DNA of 62,618 bases, counting the filler, from Ionaspis alba (Eukaryota), in the NCBI GenBank assembly GCA_964255285.1. It is 3 parts of 3 records of this genome, joined end to end, with 100 filler letters (N's around TTAATTAATTAA, not from the genome) between each part and the next. Parts side by side here need not be neighbours in the genome. Positions count along the whole stretch, not along the records: positions 20,917 to 41,730 come from CAXUUL010000238.1; 2 more parts are not named here. One strand, 5' to 3'. Made by a program: the position numbers and the translations under genes. The notes below the pieces were generated by a model. The model was not told the DNA's origin and did not search any database. It saw only the letters and a program-made list of their open reading frames with translations. Of the stretch, positions 22,493 to 34,278 are shown piece by piece (the first letter of the stretch is position 1; the number at the start of each line of letters is the position of its first letter).

Positions 22493-23687
22493 ATGATCTG
22501 CCGGTCGATTTCAACATCTCAATATCGAAATGTGCATGTAGCTGGTCTCGAGATGATTCGAAGCTCACCAACCAGTGGTCGGTTGGCCTACTGTAGTCCG
22601 GAGAAAGGAGGGGGAAGAGGGTATCCCAAAAGGCAGTAATATATAGCAATTGTTCCTCAATTAAAGTCTCATTCTCGGGCAGCTGTACCCGAGGGGGCCA
22701 CGGCCATAATCTCAGACCGGGACCAAACAGGGTAACTCGGAATCGTTGTCGAAACGTGATGATCATCATAGTCGGCCAAAAGTAAGGTCACTGAGCAGCT
22801 CAATATATTCACCTTCTCAGAAACCCTCCCCGAAGCGTTCATGGTTCGACAACGATTCAAGGATCCCCACCTCGAGAAATAATAAGACGGCTGTGGCGAC
22901 TGGAAAGGTCTCGTTGCCACTACACAATTTGCATGATTCCTAGTAAACGAGAAATCTTTTGGGGGTCACTCCCTACCCAGCTTGCAACGCGTTTGGCTTC
23001 GAACAAAAATCTGCGAGATAAATTGCGAGCCGCGTGCTCCCCGAACGATACGAACAAAAGTTGAGACACCTCTCTTAGCGAACCCCACTGCTAAGTGTCC
23101 CAATCTTTTCCGCATCGCATGCCCCCTAGTCTTGGATCGCCTATGTCCTCTGGTTAGGGGCCATCGGAGGCTCCATTGCTACGGATTGTGCTAGGAGTAG
23201 TGTAGCAGCAACGAAGCCATTTCCATAAGCGTTGGCCCGAGAGACGAGAAGGGGGTTGGAAAGGCTTGGCATTGCTCCTCTCAGCTAAACACCGACAGCT
23301 CATCTCACGCCACGCCTTGAGCTAAGGGACCTTACCCACCTCCATGTTTGCGACAAGACGTGCACGGCATCAATAGCAATTGATTATCGAATTCGGTGCT
23401 GTGGAGGCTTTCCAGCACAGGCCCAAGGAGAAAGTCAGTACCTCACTCTTGAAGACACACTGAGCCCAGCGACACCTCCCATACCCCACGTTCTACGTGC
23501 TACCACTGCCTGCGGCTATCCAGGTCTCGACCCTCAGCGGTCCATGACGAATTGACGCGTCGCAGTTGTGTCGCTTTGATTATTGCTCCTTCATCTGACT
23601 CTACTGGGACTAATTATTCTTGAAGCAAGCCTGCCTGTCTGAGCGCCAGCGAACTCACCCAGCTTGGTGGATCGATAATTTGACAAG

Positions 23688-24627
23688 ATGTCTGTCAAGT
23701 TCGAGAAGGAGACCATCAGAGATGCTCCTATCCCAGGAGCTCGAGAGACGGATATTGCGCATAAGTTAGGAGAGAAACTGACGGGAGGCAAGAGCCAGAC
23801 CGGCTACCTAGCTGTGAGCATCCCCTGGTGCTTCGTGGAAATCGTTCACCATCCTGACGGCTATCCGTTCTATAGGCATATCTGAAGCAGCTACAATCAA
23901 ATCCACTCCGTACTAAGATGCTCACATCGGGCTCTCTCGCCGCTTTGCAGGAAGTTCTCGCCTCATGGATTGCAAAGGACATCAGCAAGAACGGACACTA
24001 CTTCACGGCGAGAGTGCCAAAGATGGCAGCCTATGGCGCGTTCATTAGCGCTCCTTTGGGCCACGTCTTGATTAGTATCTTGCAGAAGATGTTTGCTGGT
24101 AGAACTAGTCTCAAAGCAAAGATCTTACAGATCCTCGTCAGCAACCTCATCGTACGTATCTTCCCTCCAATCGGGTGGGGAAAATTGATGCAACCGGTTT
24201 GGGTGGTAAATTCTCGGGTGCTGATGCAAGTACCATCGTACAGGTGTCACCCATTCAGAACACGGTTTACCTAGCTTCCATGGCAATCATTGCGGGCGCT
24301 AGAACGTTCCATCAGATCCGCGCCACCATCAGAGCGGGCTTCATGCCCGTTATGAAGATCAGCTGGATCACGTCACCTCTGTCATTGGCCTTCGCGCAGA
24401 AGTTCCTGCCGGAGCAGACCTGGGTACCATTCTTCAACATCATCGCCTTCTTCATTGGCACTTATATCAATGCGCACACAAAGAAGAAGAGACTGACAGC
24501 ATTGAGGAAGAAGGTTAGTCCAGTAACCCAGGGCTCCGGTGCTCACAGCTGACTGAGCTCACTTCAACAGTATGACGATGGTAGAAGCTCTTCCGGGCGG
24601 ACCGACTATCCAAAACGCGATTATTAG
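23688..24627 (+). CDS. Mpv17/PMP22 family peroxisomal membrane protein; exons 23688-23813, 23876-24151, 24244-24513, 24571-24627
   Basis: YLKQLQSNPLRTKMLTSG, YGAFISAPLGH, SPIQNTVYL, FAQKFLPEQTWVPFFN. Confidence 0.92.
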
Positions 24628-25064
24628 GATATGGGAAGATTTCTTTTTTGCTGTTGTATACTGGGCGGGCCTCGAATATGGCGGGAGTCTTTGTCTCACT
24701 GCAAAGATTGGGTACCAATCTAATCACTGAGATGAACCTAATGTTGTAGCTACTCATGCGATATCGTGTCTATGGCTAACAGTCCAGAACCGAGAACGGG
24801 CTAGCTTTTCTCCCCAGATAACCACGTCTTCTTTCCTTCCGCCCGTTCTGTTGTGCGACTAATTATGATTCTGTACTTTCGTGGCAATGCAAACATATTG
24901 TTGTGGCTTTGCCGACGTGTACAATGGTCTGTTAAGCAGAGAACCCAGTCAATATCGCAGTACAAACATCTTGATCTACAATATAAAATTGTTTTGGCAT
25001 ATTGTTCCTGCATCTTTCACTCGAAAAACTGACCGTATAGATTAACTAATCCTTCCCATTAATC

Positions 25065-27209
25065 ATGATGCAGGTCAGAAATGACCACCATTCTCGCCAT
25101 CGAAGCGCCATTGCACGACGCGATGGTCCGCCGAGGCGCACTTTTCACTCGCCATGGGCAGCTTGGGTACATGGGCACACCAGGTCCTTATCTAGTCAGG
25201 ACGACCTTGCTATTCTTCGTGATGCTGGACTACGGCCTGTTCGAGAGCCTCATGGCTTCACTCAGGAGCAAGCTATCAAGTTGGCTCTTGAATCGGGGAA
25301 AGAATGCAAGAGTTCGGGTAAGGAGATAAGGTGGACGATGCAAGAGCAAGTTCAGAATTATTCAGAACTACCGTTTCTTCTTTTCAATGATATTGATGCC
25401 ACACTATTCTCCGGAGTCCTCAAAGGAAACGTGTATCTCACGTGGGCCAGACTGCCCCATGGACTTTCTGGAATGACAACTCGGCCTGGTCGTGGCTGTT
25501 GTCCTCGGACAACAATCGAGCTATCCCAGGACCTTCAACTTGTCATATCTCCTGAAGACCTGGTCTCAACACTCCTGCATCAAATGATTCACGCCTATCT
25601 TTTGCAATGTTGTGGACACAAGAACGTCGATGTGGCTGGAACGGGCCACGATCTTATGCACAAGCTTGATTTCAGTGCCATTGCTACTATAATGCAGAAA
25701 CGCTTGGTGCCATCGTCTAGTCTGGAATATCCGGCGACATGGGGCTGTGCTGCGTCTCGGCCACGCAGGCATGATTTAAGAGGTGGCCGCCATGCTCCCC
25801 ATAAAGCTCTTCGACCACCCTCGATCGAAGCAGGGAGCAGCAACTGCGACGCTCGACAACATGGATATCACTTTGCTGACTGCCGCACCCTGTGTATGCA
25901 CGTCAAAGCTGCAACGCCAAGTCCAAAGCTTGTCCTGCAACTCAACTGTCCATTGGACGATACCAAAATTCCTAGGTATGCCGGTACCCATGTCGACACA
26001 GGCACGAGGTGCTTCGGATGAACTTCATGTATATTGCTGCGAGGTAGCTTCTTATCGTTATTCGAGAGTCTTGTTTCACTGTTTAATAGTAGCGTACATG
26101 ATTCATTCCCCTGCTCACGTCACGATATCACGCGACTGGGGAGAATTCTTTGTTAATACTCTCTTAGGCCAATCTCACAATACCTTCACGTCATAGAAGA
26201 AGAAGGCGGAAAACCACTTCCCAAACTCCGATCAACTTACGACTCCTCAGCCACCTTCATCGAGCTACACTTCCAAGGTCGTGCATACCCCGTCCCTCGA
26301 TCCCAACTCACAAACGTTCCTTCCGTCAGTGACAAAACCTCCACCGATCAGGTCCTTCGGGTTACCGGAAATGATGAGATAGCTTTCCGCATTCTGTATT
26401 CCTTCCTCCGGAGCGGAACGTATGGACCGAGCCTCGACGACCGCATTGGAAATCCCGACCTGTCGAAGGTTTCGGATCCTGGAGCTTCCCTCGGCCCTCC
26501 TCGCATTGAAGATTATTTGCCCGATGTCAAACCCTTCCTTCTGCCTGATATTAAGGCCTACCGTCTCGCTACGACCATTGATATTCCCGAGCTTAAAAAA
26601 AACGCACTTGAGCGTTTGTATGCCCAGACCTTCACCACAGACGATGCCTGTGCTGCACTTGAGGAAGTCTACCATGGTGGATCAATTAAGTCTGCGGAAG
26701 AGGCGAAGAAAGCTGGAGACGCAGGAGCGGGTTGTCCAGATAATGAGCTTCGCAAGTGGGTACGAGACTGGCTCAAAGTGGCCGGCAGAGGGAACTACGA
26801 GAGCAATTTGCAACTATTGCAAAAGCATCCAGTCTGGAAAGATAAGTATTTGAAATTGAGAGAGCGAGGGTCGGAGCTCATCACGGACATTGATACCATC
26901 GAAGCGGAGTTAGCGAAGGAGAAGGAGAAGAAGAAAAAAGAAAAAGCGGAACAGGCGGAGAAGGAACGGCAAGAGGAGATGAGAAGAAGGTATTGGAACT
27001 ACGCGCCCGACTGGTACGACGATTATGGGCAGCTGTATGATGTGGAGGGTCCTCCCGGATTACCCTATCAGGCTGGTCAGTATGAGCGGAATGCGTTGAG
27101 AGCGGCATTGAAAGGGCAGCCGGACGTGGGGGCGGATGCGAACAAGGCGGAGACAGAGGACGGGAAACGGAGAGTGCGGAGGCGTGGATTCTGGCGTAGA
27201 GAGATCTAG
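25065..27209 (+). CDS. SprT-like domain (HQxxH) + BTB-like domain protein; exons 25065-25975, 26168-27209
   Basis: LFNDIDATLFSGVLKGNVYLTW...GMT...TIELS...STLLHQMIHAYL...H is the SprT pattern. AFRILYSFLRSGTY...IKAYRLATTIDIPELKKNALERL is BTB-like. Intron 25976-26167 joins the frames. Confidence 0.75.
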
Positions 27210-28215
27210 GGGGTTTTTGGGTGCGGAAAGTGGAGTTGTTTCCAACGGGTTTCTTGGTTCTGTTTGCGTTGCCTAGTAGATTACAACGTTTTCTCCGCAT
27301 GGCGTTAGATCACTGACCAATGCTAGTACATCCTTATCTGGTTGATTGGGTTTGCTCGTGAGCAGAGCATCTCCTAGGTCCGTCATCGGGACACGCTTTG
27401 TTTGTTCAATGAAGGCCAGTGACGTCGTCTACTAGCAGTCTCTGGTACTTTCGGAAGGGACGGTTGAGGCCCGTTTGCATCGTTCCCCAACAGTCAACAG
27501 ATAGAACAAGCACTTGGAGTCGAGTGTAATTGGGTGGCTTACTGGGGTGGGATGACTAGACCCTTGTCTCATCGTGCCCCTAGCGNNNNNNNNNNNNNNN
27601 NNNNNNNNNNNNNNNNNNNNNNNNNNNNNNNNNNNNNNNNNNNNNNNNNNNNNNNNNNNNNNNNNNNNNNNNNNNNNNNNNNNNNACGTTTTTTTTGATT
27701 GGCACTGTAGTGTGGTTGAAACCGCATCTCAGACTTCACATGAGCGCAGCGGCCAAGCCCAACGTGAAATCTTGGTCGCTTCAAACATCCCTTGGCAGTC
27801 CAGTTCACAACCCCACGTAGAAGCCAGATCTTTATTGCCTCTCACCCGCTCGCTTGGCTTCTTCTGACCCTTCCGTCTGTATTTAAGAAGCCATCCACTG
27901 TCCAACGGTCCTCAGTCCGTTAACGTCGAACTGACTAACGGCTCGAAAAAGTCAAAGACCTGGAACCATCCGAACTACACCACTCTCTTTTGAATCGTTG
28001 GGAGCGGCGACTGGGCGCATCCAGACGATATATGCTTCCGAGACCCTCACACGAAGTATTCGCTCGGGAGACGAACGATTGGGGGATAAGACCTTGAAAT
28101 ACAGGCATATACTTGGTAAAGATCCATAAGAGAGATACTTTAGGGACGTCTGGATTGCCAGGAGGGAAGAGTGCACGTCCTCAACTCCTAGACGGTTGGA
28201 GAGAAATCATACAAG

Positions 28216-31200
28216 ATGCCGGCTTGGGAACAACTAGCGATCGATAAGCCGCATCTGGCTTATCTGATCATCGGAGGCTTCACCAGCTTGTTCATGCTGT
28301 GCTCCCTGTTTGTGAAGGAACGTTTGTATATCGGTGAAGCTACCGTTGCCACCATATGCGGCGTTATCTTCGGTCCACACGCTGCGAACCTCTTCGATCC
28401 TGGGTCTTGGGGAAATGTGGATAAGATCACCGTCGAGTGCTCGCGAATCGTACTAGTGGTACAATGTTTCGCTGTGGGTGTCGAATTGCCGAAAGCATAC
28501 ATGGAGAGGCATTGGAAATCGGTCAGCTTCCTGCTGGTACCTGTCATGACCTTTGGATGGCTTGTAACGAGCTTGTTCATCTGGTGGATGATCAAACCCT
28601 TGACATGGCTTGAGAGTTTGGCTTGTGCCGCGTGTGTGACCGCTACCGACCCAGTCCTGGCTTCATCCGTTGTCGGAAAGGGCAAGTTCGCGAAACGAAT
28701 TCCCAAGCATTTGAGAGATCTGTTGTCTGCTGAATCTGGTTGTAATGATGGCATGGCTTTCCCGTTCATCTACCTTTCCTTGTATCTACTTCGATACGCT
28801 CCCGATTCGAAAGCAGTTGCATACCACTGGATCTGCTTTACGATCTTGTACGAATGCATCTTCGGTGCCGTCTATGGATTTCTGATTGGATATATTGGTC
28901 GCCATGCTATCAAGTGGGCGGATAGTAAGGAGCTGATCGATCGGGAAAGCTTTTTAGTGTTTTATTTCGTCCTTGCTTTGTTCTGTGCCGGATCTGGCAG
29001 TCTCCTTGGTCTCGACGATCTACTAGTGGGCTTCGCCGCTGGTGTCGGATTTAGTAACGACGGCTGGTTTACCCAAAAGACGGAGGAATCTCATGTGTCT
29101 AATGTCATCGATCTGCTGCTCAACTTGGCATACTTCGTCTTCCTTGGGTCCATTATCCCTTGGGGTGAATATAACTCGCCCGAGCTTGGAATGACCCCTT
29201 GGAGACTCGTCGTTATTGCACTCATGGTCATCTTCTTCCGACGTATCCCGATTATGTTGGCATTGAAGCCTATCATTCCGGATGTGAAGAACTGGAGAGA
29301 GGCTCTATTCGCTGGTCATTTCGGTCCCATTGGCGTAGGTGCAATATTTGCCGCCATTCTGACCAGAGCAGAGCTCGAGACGGACTCAACCCAACCCTTA
29401 GCAGAGTTGCCTGGGCCAGAAACAAAACATTATGCTCTGATTCAGGTCATCTGGCCTGTCACTACGTTCCTGGTCATCACATCAATCCTTGTTCACGGAT
29501 CATCGATAGCAGTCTTTACTCTTGGAAAGCGCATCAACACCCTTACCTTAACAATGTCATACACTCAAGCCAACGAAGAGGGCCCATCGTGGATGAACAG
29601 ACTACCAAGGATTACATCAACTTCAAAATCAATGTCAAAGAGCAAGGCTGATTATGAAAGCAATGACTCATCCAATGAAAAGCTTCCAGAATTTCCGCCT
29701 GGAACGCTACCACCCATTGGCTACCCTGGGAACTTCCTACGCCGCCAGAAGGAAGAAGACAACCCGAGCAATCCTAACAGCCGCCCTTCGAGCCTCAGAC
29801 CTCCAGCTAGACGCAGAAAATGGGATTCTGGTATGGGTCCTGGAGGACCGATCAGTCAATCAGCTATCGCCCCACAGCGACGACCCGAGCCCGTTAGCAC
29901 CAGTCCTTCTGAGACCCTCAATGAGAAGAATAGCGATTCTTCCGATAGTAGAGGCAAGGACGAAGCACCGGATGGCTTAGAGATGAGGGAAGCAGCAGAC
30001 AAGAGAAAGGAAGGCGCACGGCATCAGGCTCACAAGGTGGCCGAGGTCGAAGCTTTCCAGGAAGGTGATGAGATGGTCGTCGAAGATGAAGAGGGTAATG
30101 TCCTAAGCACAGAAGACACACGCGGAGAGACGGAAGCGGAGAAAGAGCAGCACATAATGGAGGATGCGGATCAGCTTGAAAGAGAGACATCCGGCGAGCA
30201 CGCCAAGGATAAGGAACATCCTCATGCAAAGAATGAGGGCGAGGATATCCAACATGCTGTTGTCGATGGCCTCGAACATCCCAGTCATCCTTATCGTCAA
30301 TTGAGAAAGAATCTTCACGATTGGAAGGGCTGGGGTAAGCACAAGGACAAAGAGTCTGCTGATGCGTCATCCAGCAAGCCCGCGCGGGAACCTCGTCGTG
30401 GTCCTGCTCACGCTTACCAGTACGGTAATACAATCATTGTGGAAGACGAGGATGGTGAAGTTGTGAAGAAATATGATATTCCAAGCCCAGACAAGAAGCG
30501 ACGTGGCATGGAGCGGACGACGAGCACTGCTGAACCAGCATCTGTTCGTGGACGACTGCATCGTATGGGTACTTGGGCACATATCCACCACGGCAATGAT
30601 GCTGGTACGGCCGAAGCTTCCACTTCTGCGGAAGGTGGAGAAGCGGCTAAAGACGCAGCTAAGAAGAAAAAGAAGTCGGCCATTGTCGATGATGATGACG
30701 ACGATCGCATTCGCTTCACGGTCACTACTGGTGGTCGTCGTATGAGCAAGCAAGACTTCATCAAGCAAATCCAGTCGCTCGATCCCAAGGCCCGTTGTGA
30801 AGTCATCGAAGAAAGTGATGCGCCAGAAACGGTCAAAGAAGATGCGCGCCAGTATGCAACAGCTCATGCCGAAGCCACCAAGCAAACCAGTAATCGTCCC
30901 GCGCCCAACAATAGAGCCGTTACGAGCCCTCGTCCAGCACAAACAGGCTCTACCTCAAAGCAAGCAGGCCGCCAACCCGAAATTCAACGAGCTGCATCTC
31001 ACGAGGACAGACCCCAAGGTGACAATGGCCTTACGCTTGTCGACTCCAATGGCGAAGATATTCCATTCCACCCGGTGTCGGAAACTGTGTCCAAGTATGC
31101 AACCGACGCGCCGGAATCTGCTGCCCAACGGCGCCGCCGTCTAGCATCCTCTCGCAAGGATTCGGAGGACGACGGCACAGAGCGAGTGCCTCCTGCACAG

Positions 31201-31526
31201 CGCCGCTCCTCACCTTCTCCTGGTTCGCTCCCGCCACCTAGCGCCTCTACTCGCACAACCGTCAGTCGACAGGAAAGTTCCATGGCTGCAGCTGGCGAGA
31301 CTAACGCGGAACGGAGGCGCCGCCTTGCCGCGCTAGGTGAGAGTGGTGCTGATGGAGCTGCGGAGAGTGATAGTGATGATGATGGCGGGGAAAGGAGGGT
31401 TGGTAGAAACCATCAGCCTGTTGCTGAGCCCAGTGTTCAAAGACGCACACCAGGTATCAGGTTTGCGGAAGGGCCGAGTGGTGGCGGGAGGGTGCAGTGG
31501 GGAGAGGATGTTGGGAGGCGAGGTCG
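28216..31526 (+). CDS. NHA1: Plasma-membrane Na+(K+)/H+ antiporter with long hydrophilic C-tail; 3' end in gap
   Basis: MPAWEQLAIDKPHLAY, TATDPVLASSVVGKGKFA, LSAESGCNDGMAFPF, GHFGPIGVGAIF. Confidence 0.96.
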
Positions 31527-32411
31527 NNNNNNNNNNNNNNNNNNNNNNNNNNNNNNNNNNNNNNNNNNNNNNNNNNNNNNNNNNNNNNNNNNNNNNNNNN
31601 NNNNNNNNNNNNNNNNNNNNNNNNNNGACTACTTCCGTAGATATCACATTGAGGCTCATCTCGCAAGTTCAAACAAGCTATTCGAGTCAACTGTGTCCCG
31701 ATACCGAAACAACGCTACATCGTAGGCGTCAAAGACGAGGAAGTAAATCAATCCTTCTGTTATATAGTATGCCGCAATATCTCTTCTCTCCCGTTTTGCC
31801 AGACCGCGCCTCGCTCTAGCTGAGCAGATCTGCGTAGATTCTTTGGAACGTTTGCCAGGGCAGCTGTTTTATGTCCGTAAGAATCGACTACCGTTGCCAA
31901 TTCTCGCGACACGGATGAACCAAGCCCCGGCCCAGCATCCTTCCTCTTTGCAGATTCTGCCAAGCCTCACTACTCCCACGCAATATATGATGTCAACATT
32001 CACGCGGCTGCGCATCCCACGATCCTTCCAACGTCCTACACATTCCCTATCTATTGGAGGATGGTCACCTCTTGGCTCACTCCACACATGAATAGAGCTC
32101 CGCCATAATACCAAGGCGAAGCCAAGCCGTCAAACACGGGCGAACAATGACCGACTACGGGCTTAAATCTGTTGCTGTTTTGTTTGTCTGGGCAATGGCC
32201 GTTTCTACATATCCTTCTTCCATGCCCTCTATTTTGCTTGGTTCTTGCCTTCATCTTGTTACTTTAGAATGATTCGAACTATTCTGTACTGATTCTCACC
32301 CCCAAGATCGCATTGTCATTTTCCTGGCTGCCGTACTGTAGCCATTTCCTTACAATTTTTGTACCACCACCCTTCGGCTAAATTAGGGCTATCAACTATC
32401 TTTCCGTCGAG

Positions 32412-33852
32412 ATGGTTCAGTCCGATAGGCCTGCTGCAAATGGCTTCGTGGCAACAGCACGAAAAGTGTATAATCCGATTGGGTTCCAACGAGGATACAA
32501 CTTCGTCTTGTGTACGAGTGGCCTTTCCCCCTTAGGGTTGGCGAATGGAAGACTGATCATCCAAAAGTCTTCATCTTTGCCGGAGCCCTCATGGGATTTA
32601 CCCTAGCCCGGCTTCAGTATCTCAACTTCAATGGCGTGTTCTGCAAATCGGGCTCATCTGGCGCAAAGGGTGCGGCCCCTGGGGAGTGCTATTGGTATCA
32701 ACAGTAAGGCTCATGTTCATCCGCACAGTCCAGTAGCTAACGGCGTAGCTTAGACCAGTTTACAAGGCTGGCATAATCATACATCTAGCAGCTGTTCTCC
32801 GTATGTTCATTCAATCCACATTCTTCCTTACATCACTCCTCTCGATGCTATCCTCCGCCTTTCTTTAGATCAACTCTTCTAATGTCTCTTTTTCCACAGC
32901 CGCGATGTTCCTAGTGTGCTTTCAATTCGTGCCAGCTATCCGCCACAGGCTGATGATATTTCACCGCATCAATGGCTACGTTATCATTCTGTTGACGCTT
33001 GTTGCCAATGCCGGTGCTCTCATGATTGCCAGACGAGCATTTGGCGGCCGGATCGAGACCCAGGTTGGAGTTGGTGTTCTTGTTATTCTGAGTACACTAG
33101 GTATTGCAGTATGTATTCCTCAAACCCCATCGAGTCCGCGAAGCGCTGATGACGGAGACAGAACGCCTACTATAACATTAAACGCTTACAGATCGAGCAA
33201 CATCGTGCTTGGATGCTCCGTACTTGTGAGCGCTTTCCCTTCTATCCGTATCTCTCAATCGTCTGGACACACAGGTATTGACAGGAAATGCTAAACGAAT
33301 CACAACAGTCTTCTATATGGGCTCGATCATTACCCTACGCCTCATCATGATCCTGTCCACTCTCATTATCTCCCCTTCCAAAGAATATTACAGTACGATC
33401 CAGTGAGTAACCGCGAACTACCATCCCTGCGTCAATTGATTCACTCAAATCTGACTCTCAATAGGTGTGAGCAATATGTCTTCATGGAGGGCCAAGACGA
33501 GACATGGGCCTCCTCTGGTTGCAATGCAACAGGCGCGGACACCAGCAACATCAGGATACCTATTGTAGCCAATTTCAATGGCACCGTCCCCGAAGTCGGA
33601 GCTGCCCTCGACATCAATTTCGGCATGGCTCTGTGGCTAGCACTGGCGATGCATACGATCGGAGTGGAAATATACCTCCATCTGACACCGAGGGAACACG
33701 AACGTCTCCGTCAAGTCAGCTATGAGAAGCAGCTCGAGGCTGGTTTCAAGAATCCGGGCAGTGCTGGACTTGTTCCGCAAAGGATTGGGGATGCCAATCC
33801 TTGGTTTCCGGCCGAGAAACAGTCCACGGAGGCCTATCTACCGGTCAAATGA
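32412..33852 (+). CDS. DUF2306-like membrane protein, multi-exon
   Basis: RKVYNPIGFQRGYNF, AAPGECYWY, QFVPAIRHRLMIFHRINGY, QIEQHRAWMLR, GVEIYLHLTPREHERLRQVSYEKQLEAG. Confidence 0.85.
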
Positions 33853-34278
33853 TCGAATGATGTCCATGAGTTGTGGGTCCCTCTTTCCAATTGCGGGATG
33901 GCTACGACTAGAGCGGATATTGTAGCGAGCAAGCTTCTGGTATCAACTACGATATATACACACGAGATACTTGGGTAATTATGTAGCACTGAGACGTGGT
34001 ACAAACGTTACATCGTGGTGATTGACCCGGGAGACGCTACCTACAATCTTCATGTGTANNNNNNNNNNNNNNNNNNNNNNNNNNNNNNNNNNNNNNNNNN
34101 NNNNNNNNNNNNNNNNNNNNNNNNNNNNNNNNNNNNNNNNNNNNNNNNNNNNNNNNNNTCAAAAGACATCCAGATGATCTTGACTCTGCGATCAGCGTGG
34201 GGGGATCCTCTCGAGGGCTGACGAGGAAGCTGTTCAGTCGAGATTGCTGTCGCGATCTCATCCCTCACGAGACAAGAC

